From assembly GCA_001750625.1 (NCBI GenBank), contig MEIE01000001.1, positions 9,316 through 73,315 on the forward strand: a stretch of 64,000 nt of DNA. Direction: 5' to 3'. A model generated the notes under the pieces. That model made no database searches. It had not been told where the DNA came from and was given only the letters and a program-made list of their open reading frames with translations. Below, piece by piece: positions 27,867-37,581 of the stretch (its first letter is position 1; each line of letters starts with the position of its first letter). A program made the translations under genes and the position numbers. The DNA is from Candidatus Amphirhobacter heronislandensis (lineage in GTDB: Bacteria; Pseudomonadota; Gammaproteobacteria; Tethybacterales; Tethybacteraceae).

Positions 27867-28634
27867 CTACGGCAGCTCGGTCCAGGGCAGGGGGACGCCC
27901 TGCGGGCAGACGCTGATCGCCGGCATGTGGCCGCTGCGGCCGGCGCTTTCCTGCAGCAGCCGCAGCGGCAGCTCCGGCCGGTTGTTGTTGTCGCTCAGGT
28001 GGGCGGCGACGACGGTCAGCAGCGCCGGGCGGTTGATGGCGGCGAGCAGCGCGGCGGCCTCGTCGTTCGACAGGTGGCCGCGGCCGCCCTGGATGCGGTT
28101 TTTCAGGCTGGCCGGATAGCTGGGGTTGCCCGCCAGCATCAAAGGATCGTAGTTGCTTTCGAGGACGAGGGCCGAGCTGCGGCCGAGGACCTCGAGCAGG
28201 TAGTCGTTGCTGCGGCCGATGTCGGTCGCGAAGCTGAGCACCGCGTCGCCGGCGGCCAGCTGGTAATGGACCGGCTCGCGGGCGTCGTGCGGGATGGTGT
28301 AGGGCCGGACGCGCAGGCCGCCGAGCTCGAACTCGCCGTCGGCCGCCAGCGGGATGAAATCATCGGCGAGGAAATTGAGCTGGTGGGCGGTGCCGCGGGT
28401 CATGTGCGGGCGCAGGCCGGTGTGCCGCGCCATGGCCGCGAGGCCGACGACATGGTCGCGGTGCTCGTGGGTGATGAGGACCGCGGTCAGGTCGGCGGGG
28501 GCGGCGCCGAGCTCGGCCATGCGCTCGCGCAGGGTCTTGAAGCGCAGGCCGCAGTCAATCAAAAGCAACTGGTCGCCGTGCTCGACCAGCGCGGCGTTGC
28601 CTTTGGACCCGCTCGCCAGGATGGCGAAGCGCAT
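27867..28634 (-). CDS. MBL-fold metallo-hydrolase
   Basis: HEHRDHVVG (HxHxDH) zinc motif, 255 aa. Confidence 0.7.
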   Translation of the reverse strand: MRFAILASGSKGNAALVEHGDQLLLIDCGLRFKTLRERMAELGAAPADLTAVLITHEHRDHVVGLAAMARHTGLRPHMTRGTAHQLNFLADDFIPLAADGEFELGGLRVRPYTIPHDAREPVHYQLAAGDAVLSFATDIGRSNDYLLEVLGRSSALVLESNYDPLMLAGNPSYPASLKNRIQGGRGHLSNDEAAALLAAINRPALLTVVAAHLSDNNNRPELPLRLLQESAGRSGHMPAISVCPQGVPLPWTELP

Positions 28635-29692
28635 CAGATGTTCGTCACCAGGATCGCGAGGATGCGGTCGCCGACCTCGCCTTCGGGAAAGGCGAAGACG
28701 GTCCGCTCGGCCGAGGCGTCGACGAGCAGCAGGTCGGCCTCGAAGGATTCGCCGTCTTCCTGGCCGAGGCCGAACAGGCGGCTGAAGAAGCCCTGCTCCT
28801 CCTCGGCGACGGTCGGGTTGGCGTACAGGATCTTGACGGTGCCGGCGTCCTTGTCCTGGTCGACGACGGTGAAGCCGCTGCGGTCGAGGCCCTGCAGCAG
28901 GCGGCGCCAGGCCTCGTCGCGGCCGCGCATGATCGCCAGGCGGCTGCCGTCGCGCTCGTAGAGGTCGTCGACGCTCGCCTCGCTGACGAAGTCCTCGATC
29001 GAGGCGACGTTCTCGCCGGGCAGCCGGAACTTGAGCATCATCCGCCGCAGCATCTCGGTCTCGAGGGTAAGGTCGCGCGGCAGCGTCTTGAACTCGCCGC
29101 CGGCGAGCTCCTGGAAGGCGCGGTAGCTGATGAAGATCTCGGTGCGCTCGGCTTCGTCGGGATCGCGCTCGATGCGGGTCCGGAAGCGGTAGCGCTCGCC
29201 GGTGTCGTTGAGGTTCTCGAGCGCGGCGTCGAGGAAGCGGGTCAGGCCGGTGCCGAGGACCTTCGAGCGGTCCTGCCGCCAGTTGGTCTCGAAGACGCCC
29301 GCCTCGGGGAGCTCGATCTCGATCGCGAAGCCCTGCTCGAGCCAGAAGTCGCGCACGATGGGCCAGACCCGGTCGGGCGGCAGGGCGACGCTGAGCCAGT
29401 ACAGGCTGCCTTCGCGGCGCAGCTGGACCTGGGCGATCTCGGGCAGCAGCCGGTCGATGCCCTGCTGGTCGAGCTGCAAAAGGGTCAGGTCGACCTCGTT
29501 GATGATGTTCGGCGGCCGCGCCAGGGTCTCCTCGTCGTTGTTCCAGGCCGAGCTGAAGTCGCTCTCGGCCGCCTCTTCGGGCGGGCTCGCCTCGATCTCG
29601 ACGGCTTCTTCGGCGATCTCGGCCTCGTCGCCGCCGCAGCCGGCGGCGGCCAGCGCCAGCGCGGGCAGCAGCAGCCGGCGGCGGGGTTTCAT
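28634..29692 (-). CDS. bamC: Outer membrane protein assembly factor BamC (lipoprotein)
   Basis: MKPRRRLLLPALALAAAGCGG signal peptide with lipobox. In the dapA-bamC order, overlapping the dapA stop (ATGA). The upstream part of the 613 aa ORF is a spurious Arg-rich extension. Confidence 0.75.
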   Translation of the reverse strand: MKPRRRLLLPALALAAAGCGGDEAEIAEEAVEIEASPPEEAAESDFSSAWNNDEETLARPPNIINEVDLTLLQLDQQGIDRLLPEIAQVQLRREGSLYWLSVALPPDRVWPIVRDFWLEQGFAIEIELPEAGVFETNWRQDRSKVLGTGLTRFLDAALENLNDTGERYRFRTRIERDPDEAERTEIFISYRAFQELAGGEFKTLPRDLTLETEMLRRMMLKFRLPGENVASIEDFVSEASVDDLYERDGSRLAIMRGRDEAWRRLLQGLDRSGFTVVDQDKDAGTVKILYANPTVAEEEQGFFSRLFGLGQEDGESFEADLLLVDASAERTVFAFPEGEVGDRILAILVTNI

Positions 29693-30576
29693 TCGAGGCC
29701 CTCGACCGCCATCGCGACGCCCTTGCGGTGCTTTTCGCCCAGGGGGGTGAGCGGCAGGCGGATGCCAGGGCCGGCCTTGCCGAGATGGTGCAGCGCCCAC
29801 TTGACCGGGATGGGATTGGCCTCGCAGGCCTGCAGGCGGTTGAAGGCCAGCAGCCGGTCGGAGGCTTCGAAGGCCTGTTCTTCCTCGTTCGCGGCCGCGG
29901 CGGCGGCGAGCCGCGCGCAGGTCGCCGGCGCGACGTTCGCGGAGACCGAGATCACGCCGTGGCCGCCGGCGAGCATGTAGTCGCAGGCGGTGCCGTCGTC
30001 GCCGGACAGGTAGCGGAAATCGGCGCGGCTGATCAGCTTTTGCTGGATGCGCAGGCGGTTGACGTCGCCGGTCGCGTCCTTGACGCCGGCGATGCGCTCG
30101 TGCTCGCTGAGCAAAAGCAGGGTGTTGTCGGCGAGGTCGGTGATGGTGCGGCCCGGGACGTTGTACAGGATCACCGGCTTGGAGGCGGCGTCGGCGATCG
30201 CGGTGAAGTGCCGCAGCAGTCCTTCCTGCGACGGCTTGTTGTAGTAGGGCACGACCGACAGGCAGGCGTCGGCGCCGTCGTCGCAGGCGCTGCGCGTGAG
30301 GTCGATGGCCTCGGTGGTGCTGTTGGCGCCGGTCCCCGCGATCACCGGGACGCGGCCGGCGGCCAGCTTGACGGTCTTGGCGATGAGCTCGCGGTGCTCG
30401 GCGAAGGACAGGGTGGGCGACTCGCCGGTGGTGCCGGCGGCGACGATGCCTGCGGTCTTGGCCTCGACGTGCCACTCGACGAGGCGCTCGAGGCAGTCCC
30501 AGTCGATGGCGCCGTCGTCGCCCATGGGCGTGACCAGGGCCACGATGCTCCCGCCGAATGGACTTTGCTTCGCCAT
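29689..30576 (-). CDS. dapA: 4-hydroxy-tetrahydrodipicolinate synthase
   Basis: 295 aa, VTPMGDDGAIDW...GTTGESPTLS...YNVPGRT, Schiff-base Lys region. Classic DapA. Confidence 0.9.
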   Translation of the reverse strand: MAKQSPFGGSIVALVTPMGDDGAIDWDCLERLVEWHVEAKTAGIVAAGTTGESPTLSFAEHRELIAKTVKLAAGRVPVIAGTGANSTTEAIDLTRSACDDGADACLSVVPYYNKPSQEGLLRHFTAIADAASKPVILYNVPGRTITDLADNTLLLLSEHERIAGVKDATGDVNRLRIQQKLISRADFRYLSGDDGTACDYMLAGGHGVISVSANVAPATCARLAAAAAANEEEQAFEASDRLLAFNRLQACEANPIPVKWALHHLGKAGPGIRLPLTPLGEKHRKGVAMAVEGLE

Positions 30577-30603
30577 TTCGTTCCGTATTTTAATGCCTTA
30601 AGC

Positions 30604-32205
30604 CTAGCGGGGCCGCAGCCAGCTGTGGCGCGCGTCGATGCCCGGCGTCCGCAGCAGCTCCCAGGGCCAGCCCAGCGCCTGCAGCGTCGCCAGGTAGACC
30701 GCGCCGCCGCTCAGCACGCAGACGCCCAGTTCCCAGACGCGGGTCCCGGCGCCCATCGCGGTCCAGGGGATCTCGTGCTCGCGGAACCACAGCAGGAAGG
30801 CCACCATGGCCGCCAGGGCCGCGAACATCTTCAGCAGGTGCTGCGGCCAGGCGGGATCCGGCTCGTAGGCGCCGTTGGCCCACAGCAGCCAGGCGAGGCT
30901 GCTGGCGTTGACGATGGCGCCGAGCGCCACCGCCAGCGCCAGGCCGGCGTGCGCCATGTGCGGGACGAGGACGAAGTTCAGGGCGATGGTCAGCGCCAGC
31001 GCCACCGTCGCCACGGTCACGGGAATCAGCGGCTGCTGGCGGGCGTAGAAGCCGGCGGCGAGGATCCGCAGCAGCACCAGCGCCGGGACGCCCCAGCTGT
31101 AGGCCGCGATCGCCCGGGCGGTCTGGATGCTGTCGTGCGGCGTGTACGAGCCGTGCTGGAAGATGGTCGCGGCGACCGGCAGGGACAGGACCGCGAGGCC
31201 GCCGGCCGCCGGCAGGCTGGCGAGCAGGGCGACGCGCAGGCTCCAGTCCAGCGTCGCCGAGAAGGCGGCGGTGCTGGCCGCGGCGCTCTGGCGCGACAGC
31301 GTCGGCAGCGCGATCACCGCCAGCGCGGCGCCGAGCATGCCGACCGGCAGCTCCATCATCCGGTCGGCGAAGTACAGCCAGGTCACCGAGCCCTGCTCGA
31401 GGAAGGAGGCGAAGATCAGGCTGACGAAGATGCCGAGCTGGGCGATCGCGACGCCCAGCGTCCCCTGGGCGGTGAGCCGGGAGATGCGCCGCACCGCCGG
31501 CGTCAGCCGCGGCAGCGCCGGCCGCGGCAGCAGGCCGTGCCGCGCCATGGCGACCGCCTGCCAGGCGAGCTGCAGCAGGCCGCCGGCGACGACGCCCCAG
31601 GCGAGGGCGTGGATCGGCTCGCTGAAAAACGGCGCCGCCACCAAGGCGGCGGCGATCAGGGCGATGTTGAGCAGCGCCGGGACGAAGGCGAAGGCGGCGA
31701 AGCGGCCGAAGGAGTTGAGCACGGCGCCGCCGAAGGCCGCGAGCGAGATCAGCAGGATGTAGGGGAAGGTGATGCGCAGCAAAGCGGTCGCGAGCTCGGC
31801 CTTGCCCTCGACCGCCGCGAAGCCGGGCGCGATGACGGCGACCAGCAGCGGCGCGCCGGCGACGCCGGCGACCGCGATCACCAGCAGCAGAATCGCCAGC
31901 CAGCTGGCGACGACGTCGCGCAGATGGGCCGCCTCGCGCTCGCCGACGGTGGCGCGGGCCTCGTTGAAGACCGGGACGAAGGCGTTGGAGAATGCGCCCT
32001 CGGCGGTCAGCCGCCGCAGGGTGTTCGGAATCTTGAAGGCGGTGAAAAAAGCGTCGCTGTGCAGGCCGACGGCGAAGACCGCGGCGATGGTGACGTCGCG
32101 CAGCAGGCCGAGGACGCGCGAGACGAAGGTCAGCGACGAGACCGACAGCAGGGCCGCGAGCAGGTTGCTTTCCCGCTCGCCGCTGGCGGCGGTTCCCCGG
32201 CTCAT
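30604..32205 (-). CDS. murJ: Lipid II flippase MurJ (MviN)
   Basis: 533 aa, 14-TM MOP-superfamily protein with FSRVLGLLRDVTIAAVFAVGLHSDAFFTAFKIPNTLRRL N-terminus. Confidence 0.85.
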   Translation of the reverse strand: MSRGTAASGERESNLLAALLSVSSLTFVSRVLGLLRDVTIAAVFAVGLHSDAFFTAFKIPNTLRRLTAEGAFSNAFVPVFNEARATVGEREAAHLRDVVASWLAILLLVIAVAGVAGAPLLVAVIAPGFAAVEGKAELATALLRITFPYILLISLAAFGGAVLNSFGRFAAFAFVPALLNIALIAAALVAAPFFSEPIHALAWGVVAGGLLQLAWQAVAMARHGLLPRPALPRLTPAVRRISRLTAQGTLGVAIAQLGIFVSLIFASFLEQGSVTWLYFADRMMELPVGMLGAALAVIALPTLSRQSAAASTAAFSATLDWSLRVALLASLPAAGGLAVLSLPVAATIFQHGSYTPHDSIQTARAIAAYSWGVPALVLLRILAAGFYARQQPLIPVTVATVALALTIALNFVLVPHMAHAGLALAVALGAIVNASSLAWLLWANGAYEPDPAWPQHLLKMFAALAAMVAFLLWFREHEIPWTAMGAGTRVWELGVCVLSGGAVYLATLQALGWPWELLRTPGIDARHSWLRPR

Positions 32206-32235
32206 GCCGGCGGGCTCAGAGGCCTGCGGCGCCGC

Positions 32236-33699
32236 TCAGGCGGCGGAGACGTCGACAAAGCTGCCCCTGCCCACGGTGGCGGCCGCGGCGGCCATGACCG
32301 GGCTGACGAGGTGGGTGCGCGCCTGGTAGCCCTGGCGGCCCTCGAAGTTGCGGTTGGAGGTCGAGGCGCAGCGCTCGCGCGGGCCGACCTTGTCGTCGTT
32401 CATGCCCAGGCACATCGAGCAGCCGGGCAGCCGCCACTCGAAGCCGGCGCGTTCGAGCTCGCGGGCGTAGCCGAGCGCGACCGCGCGCTCGCTGACCAGC
32501 TTGGAGCCGGGGACGATGATGGCCTGGAACTGGCGGCCGGACGAGGTTTTCTTGCGGACCACCGCCTTGCCGGCGGCGCGGACGAAGTCGTGGATGTCCT
32601 TGATGTCCTGCAGGCGGGCGTTGGTGCACGAGCCGATGAAGACCCGGTCCATCTCGATGTCGGTGATCCGGTCGCCGGGCTTGAGGTCCATGTAGCGCAG
32701 GGCCTTGGCGTAGTTGCCGCGCTTGACCTCGTCGTCGACGTCCGCCGGGTCGGGGACCTTGCCGTCGACGTCGGCGACCTGGTCGGGGGTGGTCCCCCAG
32801 GTCACCTGCGGCTTGATGCGGGCGACGTCGATGGCCACGGTCCGGTCGAAGCGGGCGCCGGGCTCCGAGACCAGCGTGCGCCAGTACTCGGCCGCCCGCT
32901 GGAACATCCGGCCCTTGGGCGCCAGCGGCCGGCTGCGGACGAAATCGATGGTGCCCTCGTCGACGGCGACCATGCCCGAGCGGCCGCCGGCCTCGATGGA
33001 CATGTTGCAGATGGTGAAGCGGCCGTCCATGCCGAGGCCCTCGATGTAGGGGCCGGCGTATTCGATCGAGTGGCCGGTGGCGCCGTGGATGCCGATGCTG
33101 CGGATGACGTTGAGGATGACGTCCTTGGCGTAGACGTTGGCCGCGAGGGCGTTGCGCAGCTCGACGCGCATGGTCTTGGGCTTGGCCTGCCAGATCGCCT
33201 GGGTGGCCATGACGTGCTCGACCTCGGTGGTGCCGATGCCGAAGGCGAGGCAGCCGAGGGCGCCGTTGGTGCTGGTGTGCGAGTCGCCGCAGACGACGGT
33301 CATGCCGGGGACGATGAAGCCCTGCTCGGGGCCGACGACGTGGACGATGCCGGCGTGGCGGGACTCGGGCGAGAAGTAGCGGATGTCGTTGGCGTTGCAG
33401 TTGCCCAGCAGGGTGCGCATCTGGTTGGCCGAGGCGGCGCCGCTTTGGATGCGGCGCATCGAGTTGGCCTGGGAGCCGCCGCCGCCGGTGCGGTGCTTGG
33501 TCGCGACGTTGTGGTCGGCGACCGCGAGGATCAGGCCCTTGCGGCGGATGCCGCGGCGCGCCTGGCGCAGGCCGTCGAAGGCCTGCGGGCTGGTGACCTC
33601 GTGCATGAGGTGGCGGTCGACGTACAGCAGGTCGCGGCCATCGTCGTCGGAGGCGACGACGTGGCGTTTCCATATTTTGTCGAGCAGCGTCTGGGCCAT
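32236..33699 (-). CDS. leuC: 3-isopropylmalate dehydratase large subunit
   Basis: MAQTLLDKIWKRHVV...DRHLMHEVTSPQAFDGL...GIVHVVGPEQG...VCGDSHTSTNGA...FEWRLPGCSMCLGMN...CASTSNRNFEGRQG. Colinear with E. coli LeuC. Confidence 0.9.
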   Translation of the reverse strand: MAQTLLDKIWKRHVVASDDDGRDLLYVDRHLMHEVTSPQAFDGLRQARRGIRRKGLILAVADHNVATKHRTGGGGSQANSMRRIQSGAASANQMRTLLGNCNANDIRYFSPESRHAGIVHVVGPEQGFIVPGMTVVCGDSHTSTNGALGCLAFGIGTTEVEHVMATQAIWQAKPKTMRVELRNALAANVYAKDVILNVIRSIGIHGATGHSIEYAGPYIEGLGMDGRFTICNMSIEAGGRSGMVAVDEGTIDFVRSRPLAPKGRMFQRAAEYWRTLVSEPGARFDRTVAIDVARIKPQVTWGTTPDQVADVDGKVPDPADVDDEVKRGNYAKALRYMDLKPGDRITDIEMDRVFIGSCTNARLQDIKDIHDFVRAAGKAVVRKKTSSGRQFQAIIVPGSKLVSERAVALGYARELERAGFEWRLPGCSMCLGMNDDKVGPRERCASTSNRNFEGRQGYQARTHLVSPVMAAAAATVGRGSFVDVSAA

Positions 33700-33766
33700 G
33701 GCGTTGGGATGGCGCGCGTCGCCGCGCGCCGTTTTGCTATGCCTTTAATTATAGGCTTTTCGGGCC

Positions 33767-34777
33767 TCAGGCGGCCGTGGCGCCGCTGGCGTGCCGGGTC
33801 ATGAACCACCGTCGCAGCTGCGCGTCGGACAGCAGCTGCAAGAGCCGCGCGAACACCGCCATGAAGGCCAGGGCGCACAGCAGCCGGGCGGCGAGGACGC
33901 CGGACAGGTGGGCGCCGAACAGCATCGTGAGCAGGGTGTCGTCGAGCAGCGAGTGGCAGATGCCGAGCAAGGAGACGGTCAGGAACATGTCGCGGGCCGA
34001 GACGAGCCCCTTGCTTTTTTCGGTCAGCAGCAGCGCGGCGCCGAAGGTCAGGCCGAGGATCAGGCCGACGATGCTCACCGTCCCCGCCGAGCGGTGGATC
34101 TTCATCAGGCTCATGAAGGGCCGCAGCAGGAAGCTGAGCAGCTTTTCGACGTGCCAGGCGCGGATCGCCTTCATCAGCAGCGTGAGGCCGACGATGATCG
34201 CGCCGAAGACCAGCCACGACTGCGCCTGGAACAGCAGCCAGCCGCTCCAGGAGGCGTCGACGTCCTGCGGCGCGATGAAGTGCAGCCGGGCCGGCTCCTG
34301 CATCGCCGCCGAGAAGCCGTACAGCCAGTTGAGCAGCAGGCCGAGGCCGATGGCGAAGCCGAAGCGCAGGACGCAGGTCACCCAGGCCCGCGAGCCGAGC
34401 AGCTGGGCGATGCGGACCTCGACGAAGATGGCGTGGACCTCGAGGATGAGCACGCCGAAGATGGTCGCCTGCGCGACCGTCAGCTCGAGCTCGTTCCAGC
34501 GCTCGGCGACGATCGCGAAGCCGGACAGGGGCTGGACGAGGATCGCGGCCGCCCAGGCGACGCCGAGCTCGCCGGGCAGGCCCAGCAGGCGGGTCAGGGG
34601 CTCGAGGACGCCGCCGAGGGCGCTGACCAGCGGGAAGAACTCCTCGGCCACCCGCACAGCGAGGATGATCGGGAAGGTGATCTTGAAGATGACCCAGAAG
34701 GCCGCCAGCGCCTCGCGGACGCCGCTTTGCAGGAACTGCCAGCCGCGCCGGGCCCAGTCCCCAATCTTGCCGGTCAT
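33767..34777 (-). CDS. Nucleoside-recognition (Gate) domain-containing polytopic membrane protein (YjiH/SpmA-like)
   Basis: 336 aa, about 8 predicted TM helices. Family assignment from overall pattern only. Confidence 0.5.
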   Translation of the reverse strand: MTGKIGDWARRGWQFLQSGVREALAAFWVIFKITFPIILAVRVAEEFFPLVSALGGVLEPLTRLLGLPGELGVAWAAAILVQPLSGFAIVAERWNELELTVAQATIFGVLILEVHAIFVEVRIAQLLGSRAWVTCVLRFGFAIGLGLLLNWLYGFSAAMQEPARLHFIAPQDVDASWSGWLLFQAQSWLVFGAIIVGLTLLMKAIRAWHVEKLLSFLLRPFMSLMKIHRSAGTVSIVGLILGLTFGAALLLTEKSKGLVSARDMFLTVSLLGICHSLLDDTLLTMLFGAHLSGVLAARLLCALAFMAVFARLLQLLSDAQLRRWFMTRHASGATAA

Positions 34778-34811
34778 CGCAGGGCTGCGATTTTAAGCCT
34801 GTGCGTAGAAT

Positions 34812-36191
34812 ATGCGTTTGCGGGCCATGCAGGACAGCGACTTTTCTTACAGCGGCGAGCAGCTGCGCGACATCGCGGCCGACGCGCTCGCCCATGCCAA
34901 GAAGGCCGGCGCCAGCGACGCGCGGGTCGTGCTCGGCGAAACCCATGCGACCGAGGTCTCCTGCCGCGCCGGCCGGCCCGAGAACATCGCGGTCAAGACC
35001 GCCATCCGTTTCGGGGTGCAGGTCTTCGTCGGGCACAAGAAGGCGGGCGCGGGCTGCAACTCCCTCGCCGCCGAGGACATCGAGAGGACGGTCGCCAAGA
35101 GCGTCGCGATCGCCAAGCGCATGCAGGACGACGACTGCAACGGGCTGCCCGACGCGGAGGAGCTGGCGCTGGACCAGCCCGACGACGCCGAACTCGAGCT
35201 GAACCATCCCCGCGACCAGTCCATCGGCGACATGGTCGCGCAGGCCAAGGAGATGCTCGAGGCCGCCGTCGCCCACGACGGCCGCATCAGCCTCGAGCAG
35301 AGCCCTGGCAGCGAAGTCCATGAAGGCCGCCTGCGGACCGTCACCGCCAACAGCCGGGGGCTTATGCATGGCGGCGAGGGGACGAACCATGGCCTGAGCG
35401 TCGAGGTCCTCGCCAACCTGAAGGACGGCATGGAGACGGACGGCTGGTACGACAGCCGGGCGGACTGGCGCGACCTGCAGGGCCATCTGGACATCGCCCG
35501 CGAGGCCGCGGCGCGCACCGTCGCCCGCGATGCCCCGCAGCCGGTCGCGAACGCCAAGGTCCCGGTGCTGTTCGACCGCTCGACCGGGCGCCGCCTCATC
35601 GGCGACTTCATTGGCGCGATCGGCGCCGGCCGGGTCCATCATCAGGTCACCTGCTTCGGCCGGCACGTCGGCGAGCAGGTCTTCGCGCCGCATTTCAGCA
35701 TGCGCGAGGACCCCTTCATCCCGCGCGGCGCGCGCAGCGCCTACATCGATGACGAGGGCGTCCGCACCCGCGCCAAGGACATCGTCAAGGACGGCGTGCT
35801 GCAGACCTACCTGTTCAATTCGTACTACGCGCGCAAGCTCAAGGCCGCGACCACCGGCAACAAGGGCGGGCCCACCAACCTGCGGCTGGACTACGCCACC
35901 CGCAGCTTCGAGGAGCTGCTGAAGGAAATGGGCACGGGGCTGCTGGTGACCGGCCTGATGGGCGCCGGCGCCAACGCCGCGACCGGCGACTACAGCTGCG
36001 GCGCCTCGGGTTTCTGGGTCAAGGACGGCGCCATCGCCCACCCGGTCAAGGACGCGACCATCGCCGGCAGCCTGCCCGCGATGCTCAAAGGCCTGGTCGC
36101 CGGCGGCGACGATTTCCTGGAGCAGGGCGGCCTGAGTTGCGGCGCCCTTTTGCTCGACGAGATGGCGGTCGCTGGCGCCGGCGGCGCCTAG
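34812..36191 (+). CDS. pmbA: Metalloprotease PmbA (TldD/PmbA family)
   Basis: 459 aa, TldD/PmbA-family C-terminal region (GLLVTGLMGAGANAATGDYSCGASGFWVKDGAI). The real start may be the Met at 34827. Confidence 0.8.
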   Translation: MRLRAMQDSDFSYSGEQLRDIAADALAHAKKAGASDARVVLGETHATEVSCRAGRPENIAVKTAIRFGVQVFVGHKKAGAGCNSLAAEDIERTVAKSVAIAKRMQDDDCNGLPDAEELALDQPDDAELELNHPRDQSIGDMVAQAKEMLEAAVAHDGRISLEQSPGSEVHEGRLRTVTANSRGLMHGGEGTNHGLSVEVLANLKDGMETDGWYDSRADWRDLQGHLDIAREAAARTVARDAPQPVANAKVPVLFDRSTGRRLIGDFIGAIGAGRVHHQVTCFGRHVGEQVFAPHFSMREDPFIPRGARSAYIDDEGVRTRAKDIVKDGVLQTYLFNSYYARKLKAATTGNKGGPTNLRLDYATRSFEELLKEMGTGLLVTGLMGAGANAATGDYSCGASGFWVKDGAIAHPVKDATIAGSLPAMLKGLVAGGDDFLEQGGLSCGALLLDEMAVAGAGGA

Positions 36192-36994
36192 GCTTCGGCG
36201 CCGAGCAGCGCCAGGACCAGCGCGCCGAGCGCGATGCGGTACCAGCCGAAGGGCTTGAAGTCCCGGACCGCGATGAAGCGCAGCAGCCACTTGACCGCGA
36301 GCATCGCGCTGACGAAGGCGGTGACGAAGCCGATGGCGATGAGCTTCAGGTCGCTGGCGCGCAGCTGGTCCCAGCTCGCGTACATGTCGTAGCCGGACGC
36401 GGCGACCATCACCGGAATCGCGAGGAAGAACGAGAACTCGGTGGCGGCGACGCGGTCGAGGCCGCAGAGGCGGCCGCCCATGATGGTCGCGGCGGCGCGC
36501 GACACGCCCGGAAACAGCGCGAGGACCTGCGCGAGGCCGATCAGCAGCGCCTCACGGTAGCCGACGTCGTCGATGCTGCGGACCCGGACCGCCGGCTGGC
36601 GGTTCTCGATGACGATGATCGCGATCCCGCCGACGATCAGGGCGATGGCGACGTTCGCCGGCGCGAACAGCGCCTTGACCTGGGCGTGCAGCAGCAGGCC
36701 GACGATGGCGGCCGGCAAGAAGGCGGTGAACAGGCGGCCGGCGAAGTGCTGCGTCGAGCGGGCGCCGAGGCTGCCGAGCAGCCCGAGCAGGCGCTGCCGG
36801 TAGATCCAGCACACCGCGAGGATAGCGCCGAGCTGGATGACGACGATGAAGGTGTCGATCGCCGCCTCGTCGCGGCCGAGCAGGTCGGCGGCGATGATCA
36901 GGTGGCCGGTCGACGAGACCGGCAGGAATTCGGTGATCCCTTCGACGACGCCCAGGATCACGGCCGCCCAGGCGTCGGCCCAGGCGGAGCTCAA
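36188..36994 (-). CDS. uppP: Undecaprenyl-diphosphate phosphatase UppP (BacA)
   Basis: [23 protein letters not shown]-terminal motif. Start codon uncertain (probable TTG at ~36994). The ORF-track N-terminal extension is spurious. Confidence 0.8.
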   Translation of the reverse strand: MSSAWADAWAAVILGVVEGITEFLPVSSTGHLIIAADLLGRDEAAIDTFIVVIQLGAILAVCWIYRQRLLGLLGSLGARSTQHFAGRLFTAFLPAAIVGLLLHAQVKALFAPANVAIALIVGGIAIIVIENRQPAVRVRSIDDVGYREALLIGLAQVLALFPGVSRAAATIMGGRLCGLDRVAATEFSFFLAIPVMVAASGYDMYASWDQLRASDLKLIAIGFVTAFVSAMLAVKWLLRFIAVRDFKPFGWYRIALGALVLALLGAEA

Positions 36995-37560
36995 ATCTTC
37001 GGCAGGGTGAGTTCCATCTGCTTTTGGTACTTGCCGCCGCGGTCCTTGTAGGAGGTCTCGCAGGGCTCCGAGGCCTGGTGGAAGATGACCTGCGCGATGC
37101 CTTCGTTGGCGTAGACCTTGGCCGGCAGCGGGGTGGTGTTCGACAGCTCGAGGGTGACGTAGCCCTCCCATTCGGGCTCGAGCGGGGTGACGTTGACGAT
37201 GATGCCGCAGCGGGCGTAGGTCGACTTGCCGATGCACACCGTGATGACGTCGCGCGGGATGCGGAAGTACTCGACCGTCCGCGCCAGCGCGAAGGAGTTC
37301 GGCGGGATGATGCAGGCGTCGCCTTCGTGCGCGATCATCGAGCCGGGGTCGATGCGCTTGGGGTCGACGATGGTCGCGTTGGTGTTGGTGAAAATGCGGA
37401 AGTCGCTCGCGCAGCGCGCGTCGTAGCCGTAGCTCGACAGGCCGTAGGAGACGATGCCGGCGCCGCCCTCGGCGGCGCGGACCTGGCCGTCGCAGAACGG
37501 CTCGATCATGCCATGCTCCTTGGCCATGGTCCTGATCCAGGTGTCCGGTTTGACGCTCAT
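36991..37560 (-). CDS. dcd: dCTP deaminase
   Basis: 189 aa, [22 protein letters not shown]...[15 protein letters not shown], characteristic Dcd. Confidence 0.9.
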   Translation of the reverse strand: MSVKPDTWIRTMAKEHGMIEPFCDGQVRAAEGGAGIVSYGLSSYGYDARCASDFRIFTNTNATIVDPKRIDPGSMIAHEGDACIIPPNSFALARTVEYFRIPRDVITVCIGKSTYARCGIIVNVTPLEPEWEGYVTLELSNTTPLPAKVYANEGIAQVIFHQASEPCETSYKDRGGKYQKQMELTLPKI

Positions 37561-37581
37561 TCCAATCTCCGCCCGATTTAT

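Noticed and set aside
29728-33804. Very long ORFs in the six-frame track: 29728..33804 (+, 1358 aa), 33531..36290 (-, 919 aa), 38556..41960 (-, 1134 aa), 43684..46527 (+, 947 aa), 21674..24964 (-, 1096 aa), 15077..17179 (-, 700 aa), 721..2577 (-, 618 aa), and similar
   Set aside because: They are Arg/Gly/Ala/Pro-rich, low-complexity translations of the antisense or shifted frames of well-conserved genes (dapA, murJ, leuC, nuoM/N, recG, ligA, etc.). This is typical of stop-codon-poor 70% GC DNA. They have no start-site signals and no recognisable domains. Only embedded real genes (e.g. bamC, DUF368) were kept.
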